A stretch of DNA of 63,526 nucleotides, counting the filler, from Lenisia limosa (Eukaryota; Protista; Breviatea), in assembly GCA_001655205.1 (NCBI GenBank). It is 19 parts of 19 records of this genome, joined end to end, with 100 filler letters (N's around TTAATTAATTAA, not from the genome) between each part and the next. Parts side by side here need not be neighbours in the genome. Positions count along the whole stretch, not along the records: positions 40,072 to 43,924 come from LPNZ01005294.1; positions 44,025 to 49,577 come from LPNZ01011596.1; positions 49,678 to 51,989 come from LPNZ01001838.1; positions 52,090 to 54,382 come from LPNZ01000389.1; positions 54,483 to 58,921 come from LPNZ01011313.1; 14 more parts are not named here. The stretch is one strand, 5' to 3'. Positions 43,871-54,483 of this stretch are shown here, in pieces. The notes below the pieces were generated by a model. It had not been told where the DNA came from, searched no databases, and was given only the letters and a program-made list of their open reading frames with translations. The translations under genes were made by a program, and so were the position numbers. Each line of letters starts with the position of its first letter. Positions within the stretch are counted from its first letter, which is position 1.

Positions 43871-44024
43871 AATAAAACCAAAAGACAATAATAAGCCCAA
43901 GATCAAAATTGCCGTAGGGAGGTGNNNNNNNNNNNNNNNNNNNNNNNNNNNNNNNNNNNNNNNNNNNNTTAATTAATTAANNNNNNNNNNNNNNNNNNNN
44001 NNNNNNNNNNNNNNNNNNNNNNNN

Positions 44025-44501
44025 TTAGCTACAGGCTTGGGTGCAGGAGCTGGGGCTGGTTTAGGTGCAGGTTTGGGTGTAGGCTTAGGTGCGGGCTTAG
44101 GTGTACCTTTAGGGGAGTCGCCTTCCTGGAAGGAATGAATTAGGGCAGTGACACAAGAGGAAAACTAAAGGAAGGAAGCAAAACGCCGATAAACCGCATC
44201 CATACCTCTTCATTTTCACTCTTACGGCTCTTGCCTGGGGGAAGGTGAGGGGAGAGTTGAAAGAGAAGGGTTGCTCCGAAAAAAGTCATAATAACCAACC
44301 TTGCTTCGCAATGTAGTGTCTATTTTCCTTGAGTTTAGCGAAAATTCCATCACTGCTGGCAAACTTTACAATTTCAGATTCTCTATCCACAAGAAAAGCA
44401 TTATCGATATCGAAGACTTGCTCGACCTTCTCCTTCTCACAGTCATCAAACTCAAACTTATAGGTGATTGAGCCGTCTTCAGAATGTAAAGTTACGGCCA
44501 T
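44025..44501 (-). CDS. Hypothetical protein with a Pro/Lys/Ala-rich linker (3' partial)
   Basis: ATG at 44501: MAVTLHSEDGSITYKFEF...|GKSRKSENEE|EGDSPKGTPKPAPKPTPKPAPKPAPAPAPKP. Confidence 0.75.
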
Positions 44502-45505
44502 TTTAGCCTCACTGTTGAGTAATACACCTCTTTAAGTAAAAACGAACAACCAAACACCGTTCACGGAATTCGCTTTCTTGATTCACAAAAATAAAGAAAG
44601 ATCATCGGATCATGCTCTTGTTGACTGGCCTTGGAGGACAGATCAACAACCCCCTCTCCCTCAGCTTTTTATAGTATTATTATAATATAATTTCGATATA
44701 ATTTCATTACATTAAAAAAGCGATGTGAATGAGTCCTCAAGCTGTTATGTTTGACTATTGAGCCATTTTCCGATTGTTTAGTTTTGTGAAGCCAACCACG
44801 CCGGCATCTTCCTGTGGCTTCTGCACGATTAAGCCTGGTATGGAAAACTATTTTCAATGGAAGATTTAAGATGCAAAATGATACGGGTGATCCGCTTTGC
44901 AACTTGGGACCACTTTTCTTTGTTGTTATGATCTAGCACAAAGATATATTTTATTTTATTTTATATACAAGGCCCCACTTCACCCCAGCTCATCTCTTAG
45001 ACGTAAGTTGCAATGTCCTTCCAGAACTTCATTAATGGAGGCTTCTTCTCCTCGGTATCAGCCGTGTTTCTTCTGTGGGGGTGGTGACTTCTATTTCGAT
45101 GAAGGACACTCTGGTTTTTACTGTTCGACCCAATAAGATTGTTTGTCATTTAGAGGGATGGCTTGGGTTTCGGTTAAACTTCGAATAGAGCATGCTGGCG
45201 GGAACAATGCGGTTTAGGAAATAACATGACTCCTGATCTAATGAATTATTAGAATCACCGCTCCGGTTATGACAGTGTGATTCCTGAGTTTCTACTTAAT
45301 CTTGATAGTTCTGATAACTTCGGCGAAATATAGTGTAATATTATCATTCATCCATCTTTTTCGGAAGTGCATCCATCCGTATGAAACATAAAAAAAACAA
45401 TCAAATCTGTTCAAAAAATTGCTAATTATCTAAACTTATATAATTATGTCCATCAAGCCAGTAAAATGTCGTTCCTCCTGTCACTCCATTCTTATTTTCA
45501 TTTAG

Positions 45506-48500
45506 ATGGGCGGTGGCAGCCCCCGATGTCCAAGCGGGGTGGCTTGACAAAGAAGTTGACTTCAGTGGGGGTGGTGGCGTCGGGAGGTTGNNNNNNNNNN
45601 NNNNNNNNNNNNNNNNNNNNNNNNNNNNNNNNNNNNNNNNNNNNNNNNNNNNNNNNNNNNNNNNNNNNNNNNNNNNNNNNNNNNNNNNNNNNNNNNGTAT
45701 GCTGATTGTCTTTGTTTTCTTTGTCTTCGAAATGGTGTCGCGTCTGGCAATCAAGGAGGAAGGTTACTTCTCATTCTACTTCTGGCTGGACATCTTTGCT
45801 TTGGTTGGGGGTTCAACCCAGCACCTTTCCCTATTGTTTTTACAGTTTTTCAATTATTAGTCACAGAAATACTTAATATAGACTACGTGGTAGAGTTTAC
45901 GGATTCAGCCTACATAACAACATAATACACAAAAACGTGTTTGATAGATCATGCTTCTTTTTTTTACGTTGAATACTGTTAGCTTGTTGAAAGAATAGTG
46001 TCATAATCTCTGGCTCTGTGTTTCATACCCCCCCCTCCAGATTGCCCTTCTCCCTTCTGTCCTGGTGGTATTTGGGGTGGACGTTTTCCCCAGTAGCGCA
46101 CGAACCCTGATTATTGCCAGGATATCAAGAGCCGCGAGGTAGGCAATAGGCGGCTAAGGCAGGGGCTCAGGGGGGTAATAAATATTTTGGGGGTTTTAAT
46201 GATTAAGTGAAGTATGGCTGAGATGTTGCCTTTTTTTTAGATTCACTTTTTCTCACCCCCAAATTATTTATTGACATCACTTTCTGCGTTCTGGCACCCT
46301 ACACGATATTGATGCTGTCGTTTTTGTTTTGTCATCTGGTTTTTGTCTAGTTTTAGCGTTGGTTGCTCGTGTTTGTTATTGCTTGTNNNNNNNNNNNNNN
46401 NNNNNNNNNNNNNNNNNNNNNNNNNNNNNNNNNNNNNNNNNNNNNNNNNNNNNNNNNNNNNNNNNNNNNNNNNCCTCTCGTTCTGCAAAAGAGAAAACGA
46501 CGTAAGCGCCAATGCGTATATTGCTTTTGGCTTGTGTTGTCTGATTTTTGTTTGTCTTTGAATGACAGGTGTGGATAATCCACAACCCCTATCAAGAGAA
46601 AATCAAACAAAAATGGGAATTAGAGTGAATAACGTTGCTGCTTCCTTCGGTATTAGCATCACATAACCAACAGGAATAAACTAACGTTGATGCTTCCTTC
46701 GGCAATAGCATCACACAACAAACAACATTTTCCCTTTACCCCCCAGGCCATGGACTTTGACAGTGATGAGGAAGAAAGAATCAAGAAGAGTCGGGCAGGA
46801 CGCCGCTTGATTGAACGCACCTCCCGCAACCTTGTTCTTTTGGTCATCATTGTGGCGCTGTGCTACTCCTTAGCTGGTGACATTAACGAGAGGGTCGAAC
46901 CCCAGTGTATGAGGATTTTTTTCTTTTTTTATTATTGTCGGCAATTGATTTCTCATTATCTTTCTTGATCCTCTCTTTTTTTGACCTTCATAATTAGTTG
47001 GGGTGGACCTTCTTGCTCTCCAGCCCGATAACAACGAATTAATCAGCATGTTCCTGTCTGAGCATTCTGTCGGTATGCTGCGGTATCGTTATTCGCATAT
47101 GGCGCTTGTAATCAATATCCTCTTATACTCTAGTCATAGCGCCCTTTTTCTTTTCCATATTTTTATTATTTTCTTTTATCATCATTATTCCCTCTTAAAT
47201 ATAACCCATTTGCTCAACGCTACTCACATTTTAGTTTCTCTTCAAATCGGTTCAACCTTTATCATCAATGATGAAGATAGAATTTGTGACCTCAGAGACA
47301 CAGAGCTATTCTCATATAGCGCCGAAGGAAACGTTGATGTGTCAGCCCAGTTGGGGGGGGGGGGGNNNNNNNNNNNNNNNNNNNNNTGCAGAGTAGACTA
47401 CAAGTCAAGTATTGCCGAAGCCTCTCGGGTCAACTTATGGGTCTCTTTGTCGGTTATGATTGCACTTCTCTTCGTAAATTTGCTCTTTGTCAAGGACTCG
47501 AACTTGCTCTTCATCTTCCCAGTGGTAGGAAAAAACCAAGGTGTTTCAGACTGTTTTTTTTTGTTTATTGTTGGGGGGGGGGGGGNNNNNNNNNNNNNNN
47601 NNNNNNNNNNNNNNNNNNNNNNNNNNNNNNNNNNNNNNNNNNNNNNNNCGCGTTGGAGATATAATTCATAGCAACCTTTTACCCCCGCCCCCCAGGAGAG
47701 AATGAACAGCATTGTGCTCCGGGTTAGTCGTGAGCCACAAACCACTTTGTTCACTGTGTCGTCGGCGGCACCCCTAAGTGAAACAGGCGCTTTACTGGTA
47801 GGTTACATTTGACCTTGGTGAAGCCTATTGAACTTTTTCGAGACAGAATGAATCATGCTTCTCTCCATCATAATGAAATCTTCAAGCTGATTTGTGTAGG
47901 GCTCTCTCAAAAAATTGATCACAGTTCTTCAAGTGTCCTTAGGCGAAGCAGGTAGGCTGTGTTTCTTTGTCCCCCGACCTACACTCTTTTTTAAAATAGA
48001 ATGTTTTCTGTACCAAGTCCTTCTCTGGTAGCCTATGCCAAATGTTACCATTAAAAGGTAAAACCCAGGCAGAGCGCAATGTTTCCAACTAATTTCCTTA
48101 ATTTTTCAACACAATAATACTCATCTTTCATAAGTCTTTGGGAAGTCTAACGTTAACATTTTAGGATCATATGTACTAAGTCGCAACCTAAGTGACCAGG
48201 GTGATCTTGACATAATGCTACCTGGTCAAAAAGTTAGAGTGTCCTGACTGCTAGTTTCCACAAAATACTATCCAATCACTGGTTTTATTTCAGAAAGACG
48301 GACAGACATTAAGAGATAGTACAATTAACCAATGTAGGTATGGGCAGTCTACGGCTTTTGTGACATTCGAAACTTCACAACCATTACTGAGGAACTTCAA
48401 GGAGACGTCAATGTATGGGGGGTGGGGGGTGTATCATCCAGAGTACCGGCCATGTCTCCACGAGTCCTTTCAGTACGTATGAACTGTTGTCTCAAGTGAC

Positions 48501-49516
48501 TATATAGGTGTTTGTCAACGAGGTGGGCAGAGTCGTACACGAGTGTTGTGCGGCACATGGCGGGTTGGCCAATGGTGAGCAGTGCGTGATTCTTTTATTG
48601 AATTTCTGTATCCATGATTGGTCTTTTGGAACAAAGGGAAGCCCTTCTTATCGTTATTCTTCCTTCATATTTCTCAATCCCCAGGTGTGGAAAGTCAACA
48701 ACCCTGAAGATATGTAAGAGGCGACTTGAAAAATGCACAGTTGTTGTGTTAAATAGTATATTTTACGGCCATATCACTTTTGGTGGCCTTTTATCCTTTT
48801 CATTGATCCTTGAAATGAAAGAAATTTCCCCTAACTAGTCAGGGAGGAAGTGGAGAAAGCTGTAAGCTGTGCTCTACTTGGATTCCTTCAAACTACAAAG
48901 ACGCTCAAAATGCTCCATCCCCCCTTCAAGTCCTCTCCTGAACTCTCAAGAGCTATAAAAGTAAGAATGGTAAAGAGATCTTCTTTTTTTTTTTCTATCA
49001 TATGATATGATGATTTTATTGTTTTCAACCCTGTACAATGTTTAGTCAACTGAGTTGATTTTGAGGTTTTCTGTTACAAAACTTTCCATTTTGATCCCTC
49101 CCCAAGGAAGTACGCATGGGCTTCGGTCTTCACTACGGATGGTCCATTGAGGGTGTCGTGGGTTCAATGTACAAGGTATGCTAAGCGTTTACCTAGATTG
49201 GCTTCTTATGTACAAGACAGTATGAATTATAATCAAGGGTTCAACAATATATTCGGGGTTGGGAACTGTTTTACTGGAATCTGCTTTGGTTATCAATAAA
49301 TTGGATACCTTGTGGGGCGTTATCATTAACGCTTTCTGACTTCACCCCCCTTTATTGTTGATGTTTTGGGCATTATTTTAATCCCTCCAGGTGGAAGCAA
49401 CCTACCTCTCCCCCCATGTCAACATGTCTGCGCGACTCGAAAGCATGACAACCATATACTCCACTCCCATACTGCTTTCAGGGGACGTGTATGACAATTT
49501 GTCCTTGCAACTTCAG
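45506..49516 (+). CDS. Class III adenylyl cyclase with N-terminal ion-channel-like domain (Paramecium/Plasmodium AC-alpha type, partial)
   Basis: TM part FVFFVFEMVSRLAIKEEGYFSFYFWLDIFAL...TLIIARISRAAR; linker LKKLITVLQVSLGEAGSYVLSRNL; catalytic PGQKVWAVYGFCDIRNFTTITEELQGDVNVFVNEVGRVVH...VRMGFGLHYGWSIEGVVGSMYKVEATYLSPHVNMSARLES. Confidence 0.88.
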
Positions 49517-49731
49517 GTTTGTGCATAGACGCGTGACTATTGAAAGCTGGCTAATATCACTGGTTCTCTTTGCAAAGNNNNNNNNNNNNNNNNNNNNNNN
49601 NNNNNNNNNNNNNNNNNNNNNTTAATTAATTAANNNNNNNNNNNNNNNNNNNNNNNNNNNNNNNNNNNNNNNNNNNNCAAAAGCGGGTTACTGTAGTTGG
49701 TACCGATGTTAAGCTGTGGAACGTCGCAGAC

Positions 49732-51700
49732 CTAAGCGGTCAATAGGGCTGCGATAAAGGCCAAAAAGAGAGCCAATCCATGAACGCCCACTGATTCATC
49801 CAGACTGTCATCTCCAGAGCACACGGACACGGATTTGCTCAGAGGCTCCTGCGGTGGCAAACCAACAAGGTCGGTAGCGGACCGACTGCGGATGTTGCGC
49901 GGCGGCTGGGGGTGGGGAGTAAGGGAACATTTATGAAACAAAAAGCCCAAAATCAGTTCTGTTGGCTGACAACACACGAAGTTTGATAACAAACAAAACA
50001 AACATCACGGCTGGGGGGTAAATTGAAGGAAATTTTGATGAAGATTACTAGAAAAAAGGTACTGGAGGGAGTCAACACATTTAGTTATTCGGGGGTATTG
50101 TTGGAGGGCAGAGGTGCTAAAGGTGAGAGGTAGGGCTTCACTTCATTTAGAAAAAAAGACTGAAGCTCTCGATAAATCCTTGAAAACTATCGATATTTTG
50201 CCGGTCTTTTTCGAACCGAAGTGAAGCCCGAGCGAAAGGCGATTGAGGATTGGGGGGTGAGGGTAAGTTTCGTTAAAAAGCAAAGAAAATTCAGAGGGAC
50301 TCCATCTTCATTTTTTCACTCTCCCCCCATCAAATTAATAACATGCTTTGTGAATATTCTCATCTCCTATATACATATATAACCCCCCCCCCACCTCTCT
50401 CTGATATGACAGCTGTGACGACCGGGGAGACGGGACGCCCCTATGCGTGTTCGGGTGATTGCTGCTGGGAATCGGGGGGAACGTCAGCAGGTTTAACGTG
50501 TTCGGATGCTGTTTTTCCTCCGGTACTGTGTGAGACATAGGGCTGACCGGCCTGGGGCTTGCAGTGGGCAGTTGGGGCGAGAAAGGCGCTTGGAGAGACG
50601 TTGAAGGCGACATAATTGAAAGTGTCGATGGAGAAGTGCTGTGATAGTTTCTTGGACCTTGGTCTGTCCAGAATTAGTTCAGTTTGGTTTGATTCAGTTC
50701 ATTTCAGTTCATTTCATTTCAGTATATTTGAACTGAACTTCAAGTTTTAAATAGGATACATACTACATATTGCAGCAAAGTCTCTATTGAAACTAGCATC
50801 ATAGAGATCTGGCGGTTGACTGTACAAAAAGAAAAATACCCACGTTGAAAAAAAAATGATGAAATTATGACATAATATATTACTATATTCCGCATCCCAA
50901 AACACACGAGTACACCCACCTGGGTCAGGGGAGCGGGGGATCAGGAGATCAGGGGGAATCTGGGATGTGAGGGGAGCAATATGGAATAATTTTCAACCAA
51001 AAAAAACCAAGAATCAACTCTGTCTGCTTAGCATTTGGGAAACAAACAAGTCGCTTCTGCAACACCGCATCCCATCACTCCAGTGTACGTGAATAGTAAT
51101 AAATCTTAACTATCAAACACCCTGTACAAAGCCTGCACTGGGTGTTACAACCAGGAACCCAAAACAAACCTGTTTGATCACAATTGTGCGTTCATTGAGG
51201 TACTTATCCAGAAGCCTTGACGACACAAGCACGCGACTTGGGAGGGACGCTGACCTCAGGGCTTTACTACCCTGTACCGCCTTCCCCCACTGAACCGTTA
51301 ATTGAACTTCATGACCCATTTCTATGTGCCTAGGGCTTCCCTACGGTCCCGAAAAAGAGTGAATTTCTCGATAAATCCTCGATAAATATCGATATTTGAC
51401 CGGTCTTTTTCGGATGGCAGCGAAGCCCATCTATCCCCTATGTTTACCAGGTTTGAATTGGTCATAAATAATCCAAATGGGCGGGTTTTCTATTTTCGTT
51501 AAAGAATTCAGTCTCACCAATCCCCCATAATGTCATGAAAAAAACCTAACATATCATAATAAAAAAACCCATCATCATAAAAAACCCATAATAGCCCACC
51601 ATAAGGTATCTTGGACGAACGGTACCGAAGACCGAGGCAGACGAGGGGGCATAGTCCACTCCAACTCGGAAAAACATCGGCTCGGGCAGGCTCAGAATCT
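49732..51700 (-). CDS. Hypothetical Ser/Pro-rich protein (partial)
   Basis: GT-AG exons ILSLPEPMFFRVGVDY..., SPSTSLQAPFSPQLPTASPRP...YQRE, PPRNIRSRSATDL. Confidence 0.55.
49906..50055 (-). repeat. Module C (3' part) plus module B
   Basis: Ends at the acceptor CCCCCAG|CCG. Confidence 0.87.
50131..50231. mobile_element. hAT-type MITE-A
   Basis: Flanks GTGAGAGG / GCGAAAGG (6/8). Confidence 0.9.
50958..51090 (-). repeat. Module B, internally deleted
   Basis: GTACACTGGAGTGATGGGATGCGGTGTTGCAGAAGCGAC...CAGAGTTGATT...CCCAG. Confidence 0.8.
51331..51430. mobile_element. hAT-type MITE-A (A2 subfamily)
   Basis: TAGGGCTTCCCTACGGTCCCGAAAAAG terminus. Confidence 0.85.
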
Positions 51701-51850
51701 GGTGGTGAGGGGAGGAAAACAAAGGAAATTTCGATGAATATTGGCGTAAAGTATCACGAACCGAATAATCTGGAACTCCAAACAAACAAGAAACTAGCAA
51801 TAACAAACACGAGCAACCAACGGTCAAAGTTAAACGCAGGAAATTTCGAT
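51700..51850 (-). repeat. Module C
   Basis: Ends at the acceptor CACCAG|ATT. Confidence 0.88.
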
Positions 51851-51865
51851 GAAGAATAGAACAAT

Positions 51866-51989
51866 TAGGGCTCCGTGCAATAAATTGAAATATAAATTTC
51901 AAAATTTGAATCCGGACATATTGTAACCAGAACCCAATTTCAGACACTTTAATTTCTAATTTTGTCTATTAATTTCTTCAAAAAAAAAA
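51866..51989. mobile_element. hAT-type MITE-F, truncated by scaffold end
   Basis: TAGGGCTCCGTGCAA terminus and CAATTTCAGAC core. Confidence 0.75.
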
Positions 51990-52089
51990 NNNNNNNNNNN
52001 NNNNNNNNNNNNNNNNNNNNNNNNNNNNNNNNNTTAATTAATTAANNNNNNNNNNNNNNNNNNNNNNNNNNNNNNNNNNNNNNNNNNNN

Positions 52090-53316
52090 TTTGAGAACGT
52101 CAATAGAGAAGGTATTGGACTAGTTGATAGAAATGATCTTATTTGTGTAATGGCCTCAGCACTCAGTGTATCACGAATGAACGCCGAATATGTTCCTGCA
52201 TCTATCATTATTGGTGGTAGTGATCCCGTGAAAGCTGCTGAATCACGTGGTGGTGACATGGTTCCCCCAATCTCAGTGAACACACCTCTTTGTGGCGACA
52301 AACATAATGATGCCATCGCAAAGTGGTACCGAGAGCACCCCGATGCCATTTCCCCTAACCTGCTGAAACCATCTCATGAAATGAAGGACATCTGTGACGT
52401 GAACAACTGCTTTTTTCTTGGAGTTAATAAGAGTTCCTTCTACTCAACAATGTCCATCATTTGGCATCTGGTATTACTGGCGGACTATGTGAATGCATCT
52501 GTTGCGAGTCCAAAAATTGTCGTGATGGACGGAGCCAGAGTTCACCTTTCTGCTGAGGTAAGCATTTCATATTTTGATTGTTTTTCCAATTACCAATTAC
52601 TTCAAAGAAACTGTTCATGTACTCAGATCTAACTCATTTGTAGATGCTGAGCCTTGTTTATTACCTACTTGGCCTAATTGTTGTGATTGAGCCCGCATTC
52701 ACCTCCCATATGCTTCAGGTAAGGTTTATTCATATGTATTCATTTTCATTCAGTCACATTTTGTATTTATATTTCAGGTTGGTGATCAGCACCATCATGC
52801 TATCGTCAATAGAAATCTACGAGCTTCAGTTTCGCAATTCTTTAGAGACTCACCAAACAAATTTGTATTGTTTGTTTATCTCTATCTTTTTTTAAAGTTT
52901 ACCACGCCCTGTTCTCTTCTTGTGGTCTTGACCTTCTAGGATTCTTCGTGACCACATTGTTCAGACGCTCTCCATAATATCTCACCATCAGTGTTCAAGG
53001 CCTCAATGACAGCTGTGGGGTTCAAGACCGACGGTACACATGATCCTTTTCTCATTCCAATCTCTCAATACACCCCTGGGGCAACATTTCGTTCCAATGA
53101 CGTCACTCACCCCTTACTAGCGCATTAACTCATCCCATGGCCTGATGTGTGGTCCTAAAGTAGGTCTTCTTTGAATTATGATTTTCTTTATCTTGAAATA
53201 ACCTGTATTAGGAGATCTTTGTCACTGCCAATATGAAACGTCGCATCGCAGAAGCCAAGAAGCTCGACTCTCAGCAGAAGGCCACTGCCCCGAAAAAGAA
53301 GCCCTGGAAGAAATAA
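52090..53316 (+). CDS. Intron-containing DDE_1 (pogo-like, DD36D) endonuclease; possibly a pseudogene
   Basis: EYVPASIIIGG...PKIVVMDGARVHLSAE|MLSLVYYLLGLIVVIEPAFTSHMLQ|VGDQHHHAIV, with introns 52558-52643 and 52719-52777; ends ...KKKPWKK* at 53316. The frame near 52960 is unresolved. Confidence 0.7.
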
Positions 53317-53664
53317 TCTGCTTCTGCATTTTTGAATTTTCAATTGAATTTAAGCTGTGTTTTCATTATCAATTATATTTTTCGTGTTTTGATGTGTTAA
53401 TTTTCTCGAAAAACTTGTTTGTCATATGAGCTACAGTATTTACTTTTTCTTACCAAAAAATACGTTTAAGTGAAGGTTTGTCTAAAATAAGGATAAGAGA
53501 TTAAAAGAAAAAGAAGAATAATTAAAAAAAAATTAAGACATTTGGGGTGGAAAAAAAATTATCGGGTTTTATCGGGTTTACCCGTCCAGGCATATATATA
53601 ATATTATTCGATACTCTTAGATGTATACATCAAGGAGATACAATGCTCACCCCCCCCCCCCAAG

Positions 53665-54203
53665 GTCAGAGCAGCGGAACGAGCGGCCCTACAATCTGCA
53701 GGAATCGAACCGAATGACTACATCAAACTCTATCAACTGGCCTGTCGCAGTGATGGTGAAAGTGATGATGAGGCGGTGAGAGAGGGTGGTATCATGCAGA
53801 ATCGCTTCTCCTGATTTTTCTATTTGTATTATACGATCACACCCTTCCTCCCATCTCACCGCACTCCAGCCACCTGGTGTGCCAGCCGGAGTGAACATGA
53901 AGAGACGGCACGACCAGATTGTGGACAACATTGTGGCTCTCCAGTCCACCATTGACGCCAATTATCCACCAAGACTCTCGTGAGAGGGAGGCATCAATGA
54001 ATATTCAAAAAGTAAAACTGACCCAAGTTCTAAATCTCCACCACTCGGCTTTTTATTTGGCAACTAATTATTCATGTGATTTTGTAAACTTGACCGTAAG
54101 TCAATATTCATCCCTGCTTACTTCCAAGATCTGTGGACATGAACATGCAGCCTTCCATGATTCCTGCCACCCCCACCCCCATTCATCAAGACGCGTTTGA
54201 TAA
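53665..54203 (+). CDS. Hypothetical protein fragment
   Basis: Exons VRAAERAALQSAGIEPNDYIKLYQLACRSD and GVNMKRRHDQIVDNIVALQSTIDANYPPRL. Confidence 0.5.
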
Positions 54204-54483
54204 GTATGAAAAGGCAGTTTTTTTTTGTGTGTGTGTGTTTTGTTTTTTGTTTTTTGTTTTTGTTTTTGAAGGTGGGAGGTGAAATTACCCAAAATTCATT
54301 TTAAGGATCACAAAGAATGCTTTGTATATGCTGCTGCACGGAAACCGTGTCATTTATGAGAAACCGTGTCATTTATGATTTTNNNNNNNNNNNNNNNNNN
54401 NNNNNNNNNNNNNNNNNNNNNNNNNNTTAATTAATTAANNNNNNNNNNNNNNNNNNNNNNNNNNNNNNNNNNNNNNNNNNNNC

